In this document: positions 51,457 to 64,000 of the stretch, in pieces
How the letters are laid out: each line of letters begins with the position of its first letter
How positions within the stretch are numbered: the first letter of the stretch is position 1
Origin: Cenococcum geophilum
Lineage: Eukaryota
Direction of reading: 5' to 3'
DNA length: 64,000 nucleotides
Assembly (NCBI GenBank): GCA_050273025.1
Contig: CP158635.1
Span: 2,542,001 to 2,606,000 of the forward strand
Made by a program: the position numbers and the translations under genes
The notes under the pieces: generated by a model
Database searches by the model: none
Told to the model about the DNA's origin: nothing
What the model saw: the letters and a program-made list of their open reading frames with translations, nothing else

Positions 51457-52578
51457 CTAACTATCAGTCCACTCATTGGTTACATGGCCCGGCTGAGCTT
51501 GACCTCCATTGCTTCTTTCGCCCGGCAAAGCATCCTTCGTTCGTCCTTCGATAACTCTCCTCCTCTTATTCCCATTCTCGCTCTCGTTCTCACTCTGGTC
51601 CTCCTCCTCCGTGATACGGTTATCAGTATCCTGATAGGCTATCGCCCGTCGTGGACTGTTGCTGTTCCCCTGTTCCTCATCATCGACAGGTTCTACGGAT
51701 TGAGCGAGGATCTCTCTAAACCACGGAGAGCGCGTCGATGGCGCGACGACAATGACCAACTGCGATTTCAAACCAGTCAGCATTGGACTCAACGACGGCG
51801 GCCGGACTTGTTCGACGTCTAGAGCCTGAGGCTACGAAGCGGTTTCTTACCTGCCATATAACCACCAATCCCACGACTCCCATCAGCACACCCGACATGC
51901 TCTGTTCCGCTCCCCTCCAGCTTTCAAAACAGCCTTGGCTCCAGCCAAATTTTTTTTCACACAAGGGAACATTATCCTTCCCGTGCGAAAACGGAAATCC
52001 CTTGTCGACCTTGCTATGAAGCCCGCAACACTTGAATGTATCCTGTATGGTTTTGATAGCGTCGCCGTCTTTAGCGCGAAATAAGGATAGCCAACGCTCA
52101 TCGAGGCCACAGAGGAGGCTCGATGTAGGGCCCGTGTGCGTGCCTAGGAGGGTGATGACGACGGTCGAGTATACCAGAATGAGCGCGTTGGCGATGATAG
52201 CGTATAAGGCATTAGGAGGAGGGCTAGGGACGGGTCTGTTGCGCTTGGAGCGGCGGTGGGTTAGGTCATAGCTACCTCCGAGCAGCAGGCCGGCTATTAT
52301 AGGTAGGGAGGAGGTGAAGCCGGTGAGAGATTTAGGGATAGGGAGGGAGAGGTTGCTAGCACGGGACGCTGCGTAACTGGTAAGCGTGTTAGCGGTTTGA
52401 GTTTGGACTTTTGACGAGATGGCAGATATACCCTGCAACGGCCGTGAGGACGATAAGATACTATGGATTCTGTGAGCTTTAAGGTCTGATATGGTCTTGC
52501 GGGGTATTAAGCAAGATAACAGTACAAGCTTACCACTATGCTCACAGCCGTGACCACCTGCCTCCTTGTATAATGCAT
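51457..52578 (-). CDS. tsp3: Tetraspanin Tsp3-like (4 exons)
   Basis: MHYTRRQVVTAVSIV|YLIVLTAVAG|YAA..., four TM segments, IQDTFKCCGL in the large loop, and an acidic C-terminal tail after the last intron. Confidence 0.8.
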
Positions 52579-53915
52579 ACTGAAAGAGAAAGTAAACACT
52601 AAAGACTAGAAGCCTTTTCGAAGAAGTAAATGAGGTTATGAAGCTATCACAGCCCCGGAACCCGTTGAGCACGAGCTACTTCGGCTCCCCTCTAAAGCAA
52701 ATAAAGGATGCCTGGAGTTTTGAGGATTTAAGGCGTTTCTAGGTTTAAGAAGGAAGGAGCTTTCGCCGGATGTTGTAGCTCTATTTAGCACGCATGAACA
52801 CAGTGAAGAAGGATGAGGTTATCAAACCGAGCAGTTGTGGCAGGAGTCTGCACCTTGCAATAGAGTTCTGCTAACCGGTGAGCGACAAAGTGGGTGGTCA
52901 GAGCTGGCAACAGGGCTTCTTGTTGGTCGAGCATCAAGCAGTGTGACAGGCGTATGTACCATTAGTGGGGTCGTCGCTTATCCGTCCATTTAAGACGGCA
53001 AAGGTCAATTGGCTCGGAGAATTTACAGCAACGATGAATACTCGGAGTGAGGACTGGTGGAGCTTTCTCCCGCGGCGTTAATAGAGGCGGTATTTAGTTA
53101 TTTGGTAAGCTCCTTGTTCTGGATGAGCTTGTACCCTATCATGCCTACGTAGCTCGGCCAGCGCAGTGTGGGGTAAACTCATAACTTGAGGAACAAAGCG
53201 AACAGGAGTTCTGATTTGAATTTGTAGACAAGCTACACCAGCCATGTGGAGCATGTCAATGTTTAGGAAGAGTTGGTAGCGCGCGAAGGTGTTCCCGAAT
53301 CCGAACGTCTTTAAGTCAAAGATAACATCCTATCACCATTTAGGAATACGCTTTGCAATGAGCTTGTTGGCGATCAGGAAAACCCTTGCTGCCATCCATC
53401 ACGTTTCACATGCAGACACCATCTCGGAATTATCGACCAATAAGCAGTCTGTCTCCCCCAAGCACCAAAGCGCCGATCCCACCCACCTTCGCGTTCCAAG
53501 ATTATTGTCACACCTCACTATCAGGCTACATTTTCCAAAATCTTTGAGGGCATATCAGCCACCTGCATGCAAGAGAGTTGAGGTGTTGAAGAATGGTTTT
53601 TCGGCATCTTCGTAAAGCCGCACGTTAAGGGCGTGGAAAGGAATGTGGAATTCAAGCCTGCTCTGATGTACATTGGTATAACGTTACAGTCCCATGAAAA
53701 TCAGTCGTTTAGAGGAAGCGAAGAAAAGTAACCATTCCGCGACTCGAATACGTTCCAGCCGTAATCGCTTGCGCATTTGTAGGCGAGTAATCATGAGAGA
53801 CATCCGCAACCGTCGTTGTAGTCCCTAACACCAAACGCCATTCGTGGCTAATTCGGGACGTTCCCATTACTGCGAATATCTTTTCTGTCGCCACCATAGC
53901 TCCCTGCGTTCATTA

Positions 53916-54725
53916 CTACGAGGAGCCTCTGGAGCTGACAGCCTTGGTATTCTTGAACGTGATTCCAACAAGTAAGTATGTAAGAATGGTAATCATCTCT
54001 TCGGGAATCTGAAGACAGGCCTGGATGACAATATCACCTCCGATAGGGCTGAATTTTACGTTCTGGGTGAAGAAAAAGATCGCCGAGTAGACCAGACGAA
54101 CGCAGAGGAACGGAATACTGAACACAATGGCTAAGAGAAACTTCTTCTCCGGAAGCGACATATGAAAGCCGATCCTAGAAAAAGTCAAGACGGTAAGAAG
54201 CACCAAGACGAGGAAGGAGAGCATCAAGAGAGTAATTCCGACGCTGGCAAGAGTCTTGTATTTGGAGGTGTCGCTTCCATCAGGTTTGAAGAGTTTCTTT
54301 GCTCCAACGAGGATAAAAACCAGACCGGTGAGGATTGGAAGGTGAAGTACCACGAAAAACTTCGTGTTCAGTCTACACTGCGGCAAACCCTTACATCTAA
54401 AGCAGGTTGAGTAAGTTGAAAGACGACTTTTGAAATGAAACACTCACGCAACCGTCAACAACCCTAAAGTCGCCAAAAGGAGCGGTGAAAGACCGACGCC
54501 ATCCAAGATTCCTGCAATCTGATACTTGCTTAGATCATTTTTCTCCTCAGCCAAAACCTCCATTATGCAGCCCACGATGCGAATACTGCAGAATACGAAG
54601 ACATAAAACCAACACAAACTCTTGCTCAATCCGAGACGGATGGCAATGAGAGGACAGAGGATTGCGGATGTTCCGTAAATGGCCAACTGTGCCACAGCGA
54701 GTTGGCCGTGGTCGTCAAGCGTCAT
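53916..54725 (-). CDS. Multi-pass membrane protein, DUF7702/RTA1-like (2 exons)
   Basis: LAVAQLAIY, WFYVFVFCSIRIVG, GLSPLLLATLGLL, SIPFLCVRLVYS, LQIPEEMI; about seven hydrophobic segments. Confidence 0.75.
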
Positions 54726-55629
54726 TTTGACAGCAGGACGTGAGTGACTTCAACAATTACAGAGGTAGTTTCAGAGTTTATTCCAAACTTGAGAAGTAGA
54801 GATTGTGGAGTTTATGTTCTTCAAGGAATAAAACGAAGCAATGTGAAAGGATTTAGTCGTTCTTAGGGAGAGTCGATGTTGAGCCATGACTGAGGTATAG
54901 GTAGGTCATTGATTTACACCAAGCGTGGCGAAATTCGAATATGAGATCCTCGATGTTTGAGAGTGAAGAGTAACGGACCATCGGCGGAGATGGCGTCCTT
55001 TAGTGCTGACGTTTAGATTCCGGAGCTGGGGTTGAGGCTCAGCAACACCACCCGGCACATCCCTTCTGCATCATCAGCGGCCACAAATAATTCTTGCGAA
55101 ACTTTGCACACACGAGCAAATACGTCGAGGATTTAGTTATTAGTTATCGCATCTAAAACGTAGTTGCGTTTCTTGAGGCACTGGTGTCGATCATATTCTG
55201 TACTTAGCGGACTCCGGGTTTTCAATTACGTATCATCATGGGTATCAAGACCCGGACAACTCTTTGACCCCTGCTGACTACAGTCGGAATCACAGAGTCT
55301 CAGCACTATATTTTGCAGAATGCACGTCCTGCCTATCAACGGCGGTTCTTTTTCAAGTAAACTCCGACTCCGATACTGTCGGTAGCTCTCATTAGCCACA
55401 ATGACTTTATAGCACATAGTAAGACAAAGAAATAGTCCGATATGAATTAGGTACAACCAGTCTTCTAAAGAAGTGGATTTTTACCTCCACTCACAATTGT
55501 TCTCTTTCCTCTAACCACGTCAAGGGCTTTCTTTCAAAGGTTCTGAGCTCCCACAGGTGTTTTCTCAGCTTTGCATTTAACATCTGTGGTATTCAATTGG
55601 GACATTCAATACTCCAGTCCACACTAATC

Positions 55630-57325
55630 ATGCTAAATCCACTGCCACTCCTTTCATCTCATCCCGTCCTTCTTGTTGTCAGTCTTATAGTCCTTAGCGT
55701 CGCTTTCCAGATATACCAAAGTCGAACTGCAGGACTAGACCATATTCCAGGACCTTTCCTCGCAAAATACACCAATGTCTGGCGGTTGATTGAGACGAGA
55801 AGAATGGGTGGCGATGCCGATTACATGCATGCTATGCACAAAGTTTATGGCGATGTTGTAAGAGTTGGACCTCACGCAGTCAGTGTTGCGGACCCACAAA
55901 GCATCCCGCTCATATATGGAACAAAAGCAAGACTCCACAAGGTACAATCTGGTTTAACGCTAACACAAAGTTTGCTTTATGCTAATTCATTATTTACAGC
56001 CAGCCGCGATAGATGTTATCAAGTCACATGGAAGAGGGGATAACGTCGTTACCATTCGAGACCCAGATAAACATGGCAAATACAGACGTCCAATTGCAGG
56101 GGCCTATGCGCTATCTTCTCTTCTTGATTATGAAGTCCAGGTTGATGAGATGTTGGATAAGCTCCTTGAAAAAATCGAAAAGATCACGAGTGGAAACAAA
56201 CAAATGGATATTGCCCGGTGGCTCTTCTACTGTTAGATCCCTAACCAATGTATGGCGAGCATGAACAACTGACTCTATAAAGATGCATACGATGTAGTCG
56301 GTTACCTTTCGTTCGGCTCACCTATCGGGTTTCTTGATTCAGGCAAAGACGTCTACAGCTTAATCAAATTTCAAGGCTACATTGTCGATTACGTTCGCTT
56401 GGTTATTCAAATGCCGGTTCTCCATAAGTTTCTGGCAGGAAGTCCTATAGTCGCGTTTCTGGGGGTGCTTGCTCCTACTCGTGACTCATTCGTCGAGTTT
56501 TCGGAAGTGAAAGTCAAAAATCGTCTGAACGCCCCACCGCCGGAGCAGCTGGACATGCTCGCTCACTTCATCGCTAGCGCAGAAAAATATCCGGATATAA
56601 TGACTCCAGACCAAATAACCTCCACTGCCGTTGTTAACATGGGCGCTGGGGCTTTGGGCTCTTCTAAGGTCTTGCAAGGCATTGTTAGGTACCTAGTTGA
56701 GAACCCAGACAAACAAGACCAGCTTTACAACGATATGAAGGCAGCAAACTGCAGTTACCCAATCAACTGGAAGCAGATCCAAGAGCTCCCATTTCTTGAG
56801 GGTATTGTTAAAGAAGGCGTACGCTTGCATCTTTCGGTGGGTGTACCTCTGATCCGCGAGTCACCCCCGAACGGCCTTCGTCTTGCCGACGGTACCGTTA
56901 TCCCTGCAGGTATCGAGGTTGGCATGAAGCCATATGTTGTGGCACGCCGGAAGGAAGTTTGGGGTCCGAATGCGGAAGAATGGGAGCCAGAGAGGTGGAT
57001 GCAGCGATCCAACGAGACCGAAGAGGAGTTCAAGGAGCGCAGGACAATCATGGAACGTGGCGATCTTTCATTCGGGCATGGAGCAAGGACTTGCATCGGA
57101 AAGAATATTGCGATGTTGCAGGTTTACAAAGTTGTTTCTAACATGGTGTTTCTATACAAGGTACGTTTGATACTTCTTTCTTACCATATAGCTGTAGTAG
57201 GCTATATATGAACTGGGGGTGTGAGCTAACAAGCTGGACTTTTGTAGCTGCTTCCGGCACCGAATCCCAACGCAATTTCTGAGAAACGATCAGTTTATGC
57301 TTATATGAAGAAGAGGGAAGCTTGA
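55630..57325 (+). CDS. Cytochrome P450 (CYP53/57-clan-like, 4 exons) with an atypical I-helix
   Basis: IPGPFLAKYT, YGDVVRVGP, KEGVRL (ExxR), WEPERW, SFGHGARTCIG (heme Cys). Confidence 0.93.
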
Positions 57326-57459
57326 GGATAGGAGATCGGCAGTGCAGACAAGCAGAAAACTTAAATGTAACTTAAGAAACCGGTCAGATTGTCTTTATGT
57401 AGCATATGAAACAAATGATAGAATTTCATTTCTCCACTAGTTTGCAGTCACAGAAACAG

Positions 57460-58359
57460 TGATCTATTTGGATCGGATCCTTTTTGGCGTGGATGGTTGG
57501 AGCCAACTTGCATTGGCTATGGATTTGTTGGTTTTACTGGTGGCGCAGAGTGGATCTTAAGGCTTCGGAGCTCTAAGAGCGCCAGTAGTATATCTAATTA
57601 GAAGGAGGCTGTAGAGTACGGCTCAAAAAGGTGCCAAAGCGTGGTGTTAAGCCAATCGGCAGAGCCACGCAATAATTAAACTTTCTGGAATACGAGCATC
57701 CTTCATACAATCTAGGAAGCCTGCTTATTTTACTTCCCTCCCTACTTTCCTTCCCATATTCTCAATCACTTAGTAGTTCAATTTTGCCTCTCTCAATTGC
57801 AATGGTGCGATTCTTTCTTATACGCGCCCACCGACAACATCATCCTTGCACCAAAATCAATCAACCCAGGAGCCGACAAGTCTTAAGAATTCGACGGGTT
57901 TCGGCTATATGGCAGGCAGTGCATCGCTTGTAAAGAAGCCGAAGAACACCAAGCAGCTCGGACGAATGCGAGAGGCTCTTCAGCAGCTGCAAGATTCTTC
58001 TTAAGGATCGTCGCTCTCGATTGCGGATGGATATAATTGAGGCAAATGAGTATCTTCGGCACTCGTACGGCCTCTACAAAAAAGGCGCGTTTGACAATCA
58101 GGAAGTTCGAGAGGTAGGAGGAGAGCATGCAGCTCCTACAATATCGCCCGCACAAGCTTCTGCGGCTCGTAAAGCTGCAGGGCTGCCTCAACCACCTACT
58201 ACTTCTGATACTTGGGGTTCCGGCTTTGATGAGGAGTTCGATGCGATTAAGGGCGTTGAGGTAGAGGCTGAGAGTGAGGCTACGTCCGACGGTGAGGTGG
58301 TGGTTATTGAGAACGATGATATTACAAAGGAAGATGAGGAATCTGATGAGCCCATTTAA
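57460..58359 (+). mobile_element. Internally deleted hAT transposon remnant
   Basis: PSSSDECERLFSSCKILLKDRRSRLRMDIIEANEYLR at ~57949-58060 is the hAT C-terminal dimerisation motif. Upstream GGATC/TTGG-rich subterminal-like sequence; termini not defined. Confidence 0.75.
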
Positions 58360-59323
58360 CGATGTTTTTGGTACGTTTAAAGGCCGCCTACCTCTCGAAT
58401 ACTATACCAAATTTGTGCCAAGACTTACTATAAATAGTATAACATGCGGAACGTTGATCCCCCAACGTAAATTTTGACCCGAGTTTATAAGTAATAAGCC
58501 AATCAATTTTAGAGCTTTATTATATAGACTTTAATTAATATATATAGAGATAAGGTTTTCCAGGGGGAGACCCCCTGGGACCCCCCTATATAGAGCTTTT
58601 GCTTAATTTAGAAGTAGTAGTAAGATTAAGGCGCCTTAGTTACTGCTAGGTAAGGATCTACTACAGTGACCGAGGCGCCCTACTTAAGCTGGGCTTAAGG
58701 ATTATATTAGTCACGAATCTAGTATATATTTGGACTACAGAGCTTAATACAGAGCCCTCTACGTAGGATCTAATATAGTAGATTATAATTCCAATTTAAA
58801 GCTTTATATACTAAATATTTTTAATGCCTAATAACTAAATCGCCGTATAGCTAGAATTAAAGTAAGTTTACTACCCCAACTTGATTAAATACGCGTGTAA
58901 GAAGAGATATAACTATATACAGAGACGTCTAACATAATTAAGTAACCACGTTATTGCCCACCTAGTTCGGACGTATAATAACGCAATGGCTCGGCGACGA
59001 CACAATAGCTTGGCGCCGAGTAATAGGAGGAGGGAGGAGATTGGGGGTAGCTTAGCCACTGCAAGAAGGTCGTAATATTAGTATAGTATTAAACTTTAAA
59101 AATCGTGTCCCGGGAGCTTAATTAACAACCCCTATATAAAACGTTAACAACGTTTAATTATAGAGCTTTAAACCAGCAGATCTTCTAGGAATGCCTATTA
59201 TAAGTAACTCTAAGTGCAAAATCTAGAATATTTAGTAGTAGTAGTATAAGTATGGGATGGGGGTATATATTTACGTTCCTAAATATCGTCACATAACGTA
59301 ATTTTTAGGTAATAAAAACCGCC

Positions 59324-60322
59324 GTTAACGTTGCTCGACTAACACCTACTAAAGGTTCCTCCGTCCTTCCTATCTCCTCTCTTACCCGTCTCCTCGTCTA
59401 ATACTATCCATATCGCTATATTAACTAATAGATCCCTTAATAGAGATTAGGGAGGGGTATTAGAGCGCCTCTAGCTCTTATAAGAAAGAAGAAAGAAAAA
59501 GAAAGGAAGGTATAAAGGAGGGAGTATTTATAGACGGGAGGAGGCCTACGAATGGGAGATTAGGCAGCTATAATATAGACATTAATATTGCTCGACTAAT
59601 ACCTACCAGACGCCCCTCTGTCCTTCCTGTCTCCTCTTTTACCTATCTCCTCGTTAGATGCTGTCTATATCGCCACGTCAACCAATAGATCCCTTAGTGG
59701 GGACTAGGGAGGGGTATTAGAGCACCTCTAGCTCTTATAAGGAAGAAGAAAAGAAGAGAGAAAGGTATAAAGAAGGGAGTATTTATAGACGAGAGGAGGC
59801 CTATAAGCATAGGAGATTAGGCAGCTATAATATAGATATTAACGTTACTTAACTAATACCTACTGGACGCCCCTCTATCCTTCCTATCTCCGCTCTTACC
59901 CGTCTCCTTATTAAATGCTGTTTATATCGCTATATTAACTAATAGATCCCTTAGTAGGGACTAGGGAAAGGTATTAAAGCACCTCTAGCTCTTATAAGGA
60001 AGAAGAAAAGAAGAAAGGAAGGTATAAAGGAGGGAGTATTTATAGACGGGAGAAGGCCTGCGAGTATAGGAGATTAGGCAGCTATAATATAGCTAGTAAC
60101 ATTGCTCGACTAATATATACCGGAGGCTCCTCCGTCCTTCCTATCCTCTCTCGCCCGCTTTATTATCCGATGCTATCTATATTGCTATATTAACTAATAG
60201 ATCCCTTAGTAGGGACTAGGGAGAGGTATTAGAGCACCTCTAGCTCTTATAAGGAAGAAGAAAAAAGAAGAAAGGAAGGTATAGAGGAGGGAGTATTTAT
60301 AGATAGGAGGAGGCCCTATAAG
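59324..60322. repeat. Tandem array, 4 x ~257 bp
   Basis: Units start at ~59324, 59581, 59838 and 60095 (ttaacgttgctcgactaa...aatagatccctta...gggagtatttatagac). Confidence 0.92.
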
Positions 60323-60399
60323 TACGTGATTTAGTAAGTACTAATAGCATAAGATTCTCATATAAAATAGGCTTAATTGCTTACTAAAATACGGGGTGT

Positions 60400-61174
60400 C
60401 TCTATTACTACAGTGGCTACTACAGTAGTAGAGACGCCTTAAATATTTAATGTAACTAACTACTAAGGCTATTAATAAGTAAAAGGTAGGCTACCAATAT
60501 GGTGCAAACAATGTAGTTATTAATATCGTTTATAGCCTGTTTTTACTTCTAGTATACGCGTAAATCGTCCTTATATTTAGCGTAGAGCTAGTTATAGGTA
60601 GTAAGCTAGTTTAAGTCTAGCTTTGCTATTAATATAGCTATAGATAGTATATCCCTTAGTATAGGCCAACTTGGTAGTTCTAACTTTAGAAGATTATCTT
60701 TCTTCTTAGATAGGTCGATATACTGCTATACCTTATTAGTTTTGGCTATATTTTAGATAATAAAGAACTATTAAATCCAATTAGATGGCTTATTAAGGAT
60801 AAGGTTAATTTTTAATTTGGTAGAGGTTATTATTTTTAAAATTTAATAGGTTAGGAAAAGTCTAGGTTAGGGTTTAGCTAGCGTCTTAGCAGAACCTTAT
60901 TTAGACGTTCCGAACTTTTAATTTAATTTATTAGTTTGTTTATTAGTTGGATTTTATTATAGGGAGCGCGATTAATAACCCCTACTAATAGCTCTAACTA
61001 CGTCTAATTTTTAATTTATAAATTAGCAGATCTATAAGTAATAGTTATTTTAAGCAGCTCCAGGTGCGGTATATATAAAATCTTAACTATAGTATAAAGA
61101 AGTCGTGGCTGCTAATATACGGTCCTAAGTAGTATATATTCTCGGAGGTTACGTAACTCCTTATATAAGCGACA
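60400..61174 (-). mobile_element. 5' fragment of a Copia-like element (putative LTR, PBS-like site, gag N-terminus)
   Basis: De-RIPped AKTNEVWQYIDPS...LEPPSWP.P...YNQLYAEYKDDLRVYQKQKQAINDINNYIV.T. TGTCG start at 61174 on the minus strand and tagttagagc near 60991-61000. Confidence 0.55.
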
Positions 61175-64000
61175 TTTCCGCCCTTTAAAAAAAACTTAAA
61201 AATTTTTAAAAATTAATTAACGCTACAGACAGCAGCAATATTAATCTGGCAATACTACTAATTCTCCCTATATACTATTATATGTATACCTAATAGCCCT
61301 AAAAGCGGTAAGAAGGTAAAATAGATAGGGGGGTTAAAATTTAGAAAATTAAATTTCGCGGTTAAGCTATTTAAAAGTTAGGAAACTAAGACAAATACTA
61401 TATTCTCTACTTACCTCTAAGCCAGTATATGATTTCCTAATTAGGAAAAGTTGTTTATAAGTAGTTGCTACTACCTCCGTACAAAATCTTCTTATTATAC
61501 CTCTTTAGTCTTACTTATAGATAACTAAAATCGTTTTATATTGAACCTACGTTCAAATATAAGCCCTAAAAGCTTTTTAACTCGTAAGATTGCTATATAA
61601 GTTAGCCTAGCTATTTTATCCTTTTCCTTAATATCTAAAACTACCTAGTTAAGTATTAGGCCCTAGCTTTTATATACAGTAAGAGCAAAAGCTAGAGTAA
61701 TTAGAAATTAACGCCGTAAGTAAGAGCCTTTTATACCCTCTTATTTATAAAGTACGGAAAATATAAGGATGACTTTCTTACTATCCTGCTAAGTAAATAG
61801 AGTAAGTCCATTATACCTATCTACCGTAATTAGTAGTAACTAAGGCTAATCCTTTTTAATATCCGCGTGTCCCTTCTATACGACATCTTTAACTATACTA
61901 GTAGTACTGTTTACTAAGCCTAGTTTAACCCAGATATTTTATATTAGTATTACTTTCGCGCTAATACATAGGGCTAGATTCTCTATAGTATTGTACTAAT
62001 TAGAAGTAACTTTCCGCGTACCTATACTAGTATTAACTAACTTAATAGCCACTACTGGCTGTAAAAGGTTACAAAGCCGAATAGTATTATACTTACCTAT
62101 AGCAGCACGTGTGCTATATAGCCAAATTATATTATTAAAGCCCGTAACCTTATTAGTAGATAGGCCCTGCTTATACCTAGTTAAAAGAAGCTTTTAGGTT
62201 AAATTACTTATAGAATCACTATATAGCTCTATAAGGGCGGTCCTAAATATAGAGCTCTTAGCGTTATTACCACCCTGCCACATAACTTAATCTAGGATAG
62301 CTGTTTAGTTAATTGCCTTATAGGCTTCCTTTCTATAGCTGGCTAGCTCTAACAGCCTAGCAGGTAAATTGCTGTATAAGGCCGCCTAACCTATAGGGGG
62401 AAGCTAATAAAAATCGCCTACTAGTAAGATGTTTAAGCCTCTAAAGTAGTTATTGTTACGCGTAGGGTAGATTTAATAGAGGCGGTAATTAATCTAGGCT
62501 AGATGTACTTGCCTAATTATAGATTTCTCGTTAAGGATAAGATAGTAAATATCCTTAAAAGCTTATTATAGAGGCGTAAGACTAGTAGTAGGCAATTTGT
62601 TAAACGGATGGTTTACTAGCAACCTTAATAGATTATATATAGTTCTGCCGTTAATACTAAAGGTAGCTATCCTAGTAGGGGCAGCTCGAGCTAATAGCAA
62701 TGGCTTGCTATTAGCCCTTACTATATTACAGAGTATAGTAGAGAGGACAGTAATAAAATGCAATTTACCGGTTCCTGCCTCTCCATTAACGTTAATCCGC
62801 AGTAGAGGGGGGCCAAGGCCCACTTAAATCTGCCTATAGTAATTAACTATAGCGTTATAGATATAACACTAACCTAGTTATAAGGAGGACGGGGTTGCTA
62901 TTTAGAATAGGCGGCTTAACAGTAGAGGCTGTAACCGTACTTCCTGCTAATAAGTCCTTTTATTAAGCTGCGGGTACGTACCCCAATATATACTCTAGTC
63001 GTAGTTATAATTAAGCTCCCTATTACTAAGCCTATTAGGATCCTTAATTTTAACTCTATTAGTATTTTAAACGCGGGTATATAGGGCCTTAAAGGACTAG
63101 TATAGCTCTAAGTTATCTGCGAAATCGCCCTTAAACTTATTAATATTATTAGCAGTTTCGCGACCTTCCTCTAGTTTCTAATTATAGAAGTAGTTAGGTG
63201 GGTGCTAATAAGAGTTAACGCAAGCCTAATAAGAAGCCATATAATTAGGGGCCCCGAATCTATTAGTATAAGTAGCCACTTCCTTATACTCCCTCTATAG
63301 GTAATAAAGAATAAGCTTTATACGGTAGAACTTAGAATACTATAGATAGGAACGATCGCCGTTATATCGCGGAAAGTATGATATAACTTAAGGCCTTACT
63401 CTTAGCTAACGCTTATAAGCAGAGTAATTAAAATAGAGTAGAAAATTAAGGAAAGTAATGTCCTCTACCCTATCTAGACGGCGCTTATATTTCTTATAGT
63501 TAGACAGCCCACACCCTCTTAATTGCCTATTATTAAGCTTATATATAGCGCTTTAATCGTCCTCCTAGTAGTAGTTTAAAGTTACTATATTCCTAGAGCC
63601 TTTGCAAAGGGGAATATTAAAAAGTAAATAGTATACCTCTTACGCTAACCAATTGCATTTAGTAATAAGTTTATTTATAAACCTAGCCACAACCAAACTA
63701 AAGGCATAAAGGCTATTGGCGTGCGGCTATACTAATTAGAGTAGCTCCTAGTAGGAAGTTAACTTCTTCTCTTCCTTACTGCAATATTTGCCTATATAGT
63801 TAACTATTATTAATACGCTTATAGCGGGTGATGTATTAATATTCGCCATCTACGCTAATATTATAGCTACGTTATAACTATTAAGAAGCTTATTATTACG
63901 CTATAGATAAAACGTCTAGTAATATGGATTTTAATCCTTTAATACAGCGGCCTTATTATAAAAAGAGCGTGGAAAATAGAAGCGGCACTCCTTTACTCTA

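Larger units (their letters stand above)
58430..64000 (-). mobile_element. RIPped Helitron (Rep C-terminus and PIF1 helicase), continuing beyond the window
   Basis: LLRINVNGEAGTGK, AAPT..A.FSINGRTI.NLL.L, GDF.QLPP, R.F.ITLAFA.TV.KS.GL, and N.YN....LA.MAN..TSP...YIGKYCSK.EKK. The left boundary is approximate. Confidence 0.9.

Noticed and set aside
52700..53700. Possible decayed gene between tsp3 and the DUF7702 gene
   Set aside because: The frames examined are interrupted and no family motif was recognised.
59324..60322. Regularly spaced repeats as a CRISPR-like array
   Set aside because: Whole 257-bp units are homologous with no unique spacers, and the context is a eukaryotic Helitron.
1..64000. 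Starship (DUF3435 captain), tRNA/rRNA genes, telomeric repeats, secondary-metabolite backbone genes
   Set aside because: No supporting sequence seen for any of them.

Overview
Filamentous ascomycete (Pezizomycotina) genomic DNA with a sharply bipartite layout. Positions ~1-1450 are a small GC-balanced island holding a 5-exon gene for a coiled-coil protein with a Mug135/DUF1773-like domain. Positions ~1460-36700 are an AT-rich nest of transposons degraded by RIP (repeat-induced point mutation). The nest contains at least five chromoviral Gypsy LTR families, three of them full length with readable 5-bp TSDs. It also holds solo LTRs, a 5'-truncated Tad1-like LINE, a long-TIR DNA transposon with a DUF6589-like transposase, three Tc1/mariner MITEs and a Fot1/pogo remnant. 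Positions ~36900-57400 are a gene-dense block: HAUS4-like, Mnn11-like GT34, a mannose-6-phosphate isomerase pseudogene, an AKAP7-like 2H phosphoesterase, Ypd1, mitochondrial aspartate aminotransferase, Gep3, tetraspanin Tsp3, a DUF7702-type membrane protein and an atypical P450. Positions ~57450-64000 hold a hAT remnant and a RIPped Helitron with a 4 x ~257-bp array and a Copia fragment. The most striking signal is absent from the ORF track: two unrelated Gypsy elements each carry, between the pol region and the 3' LTR, an ANTISENSE, intron-containing gene for a Cys-cluster (Zn2Cys6-like) + coiled-coil + acidic-tail protein. A third element may carry another antisense ORF. All protein calls come from manual translation and motif recall, not database searches. 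De-RIPped reconstructions are inferences.
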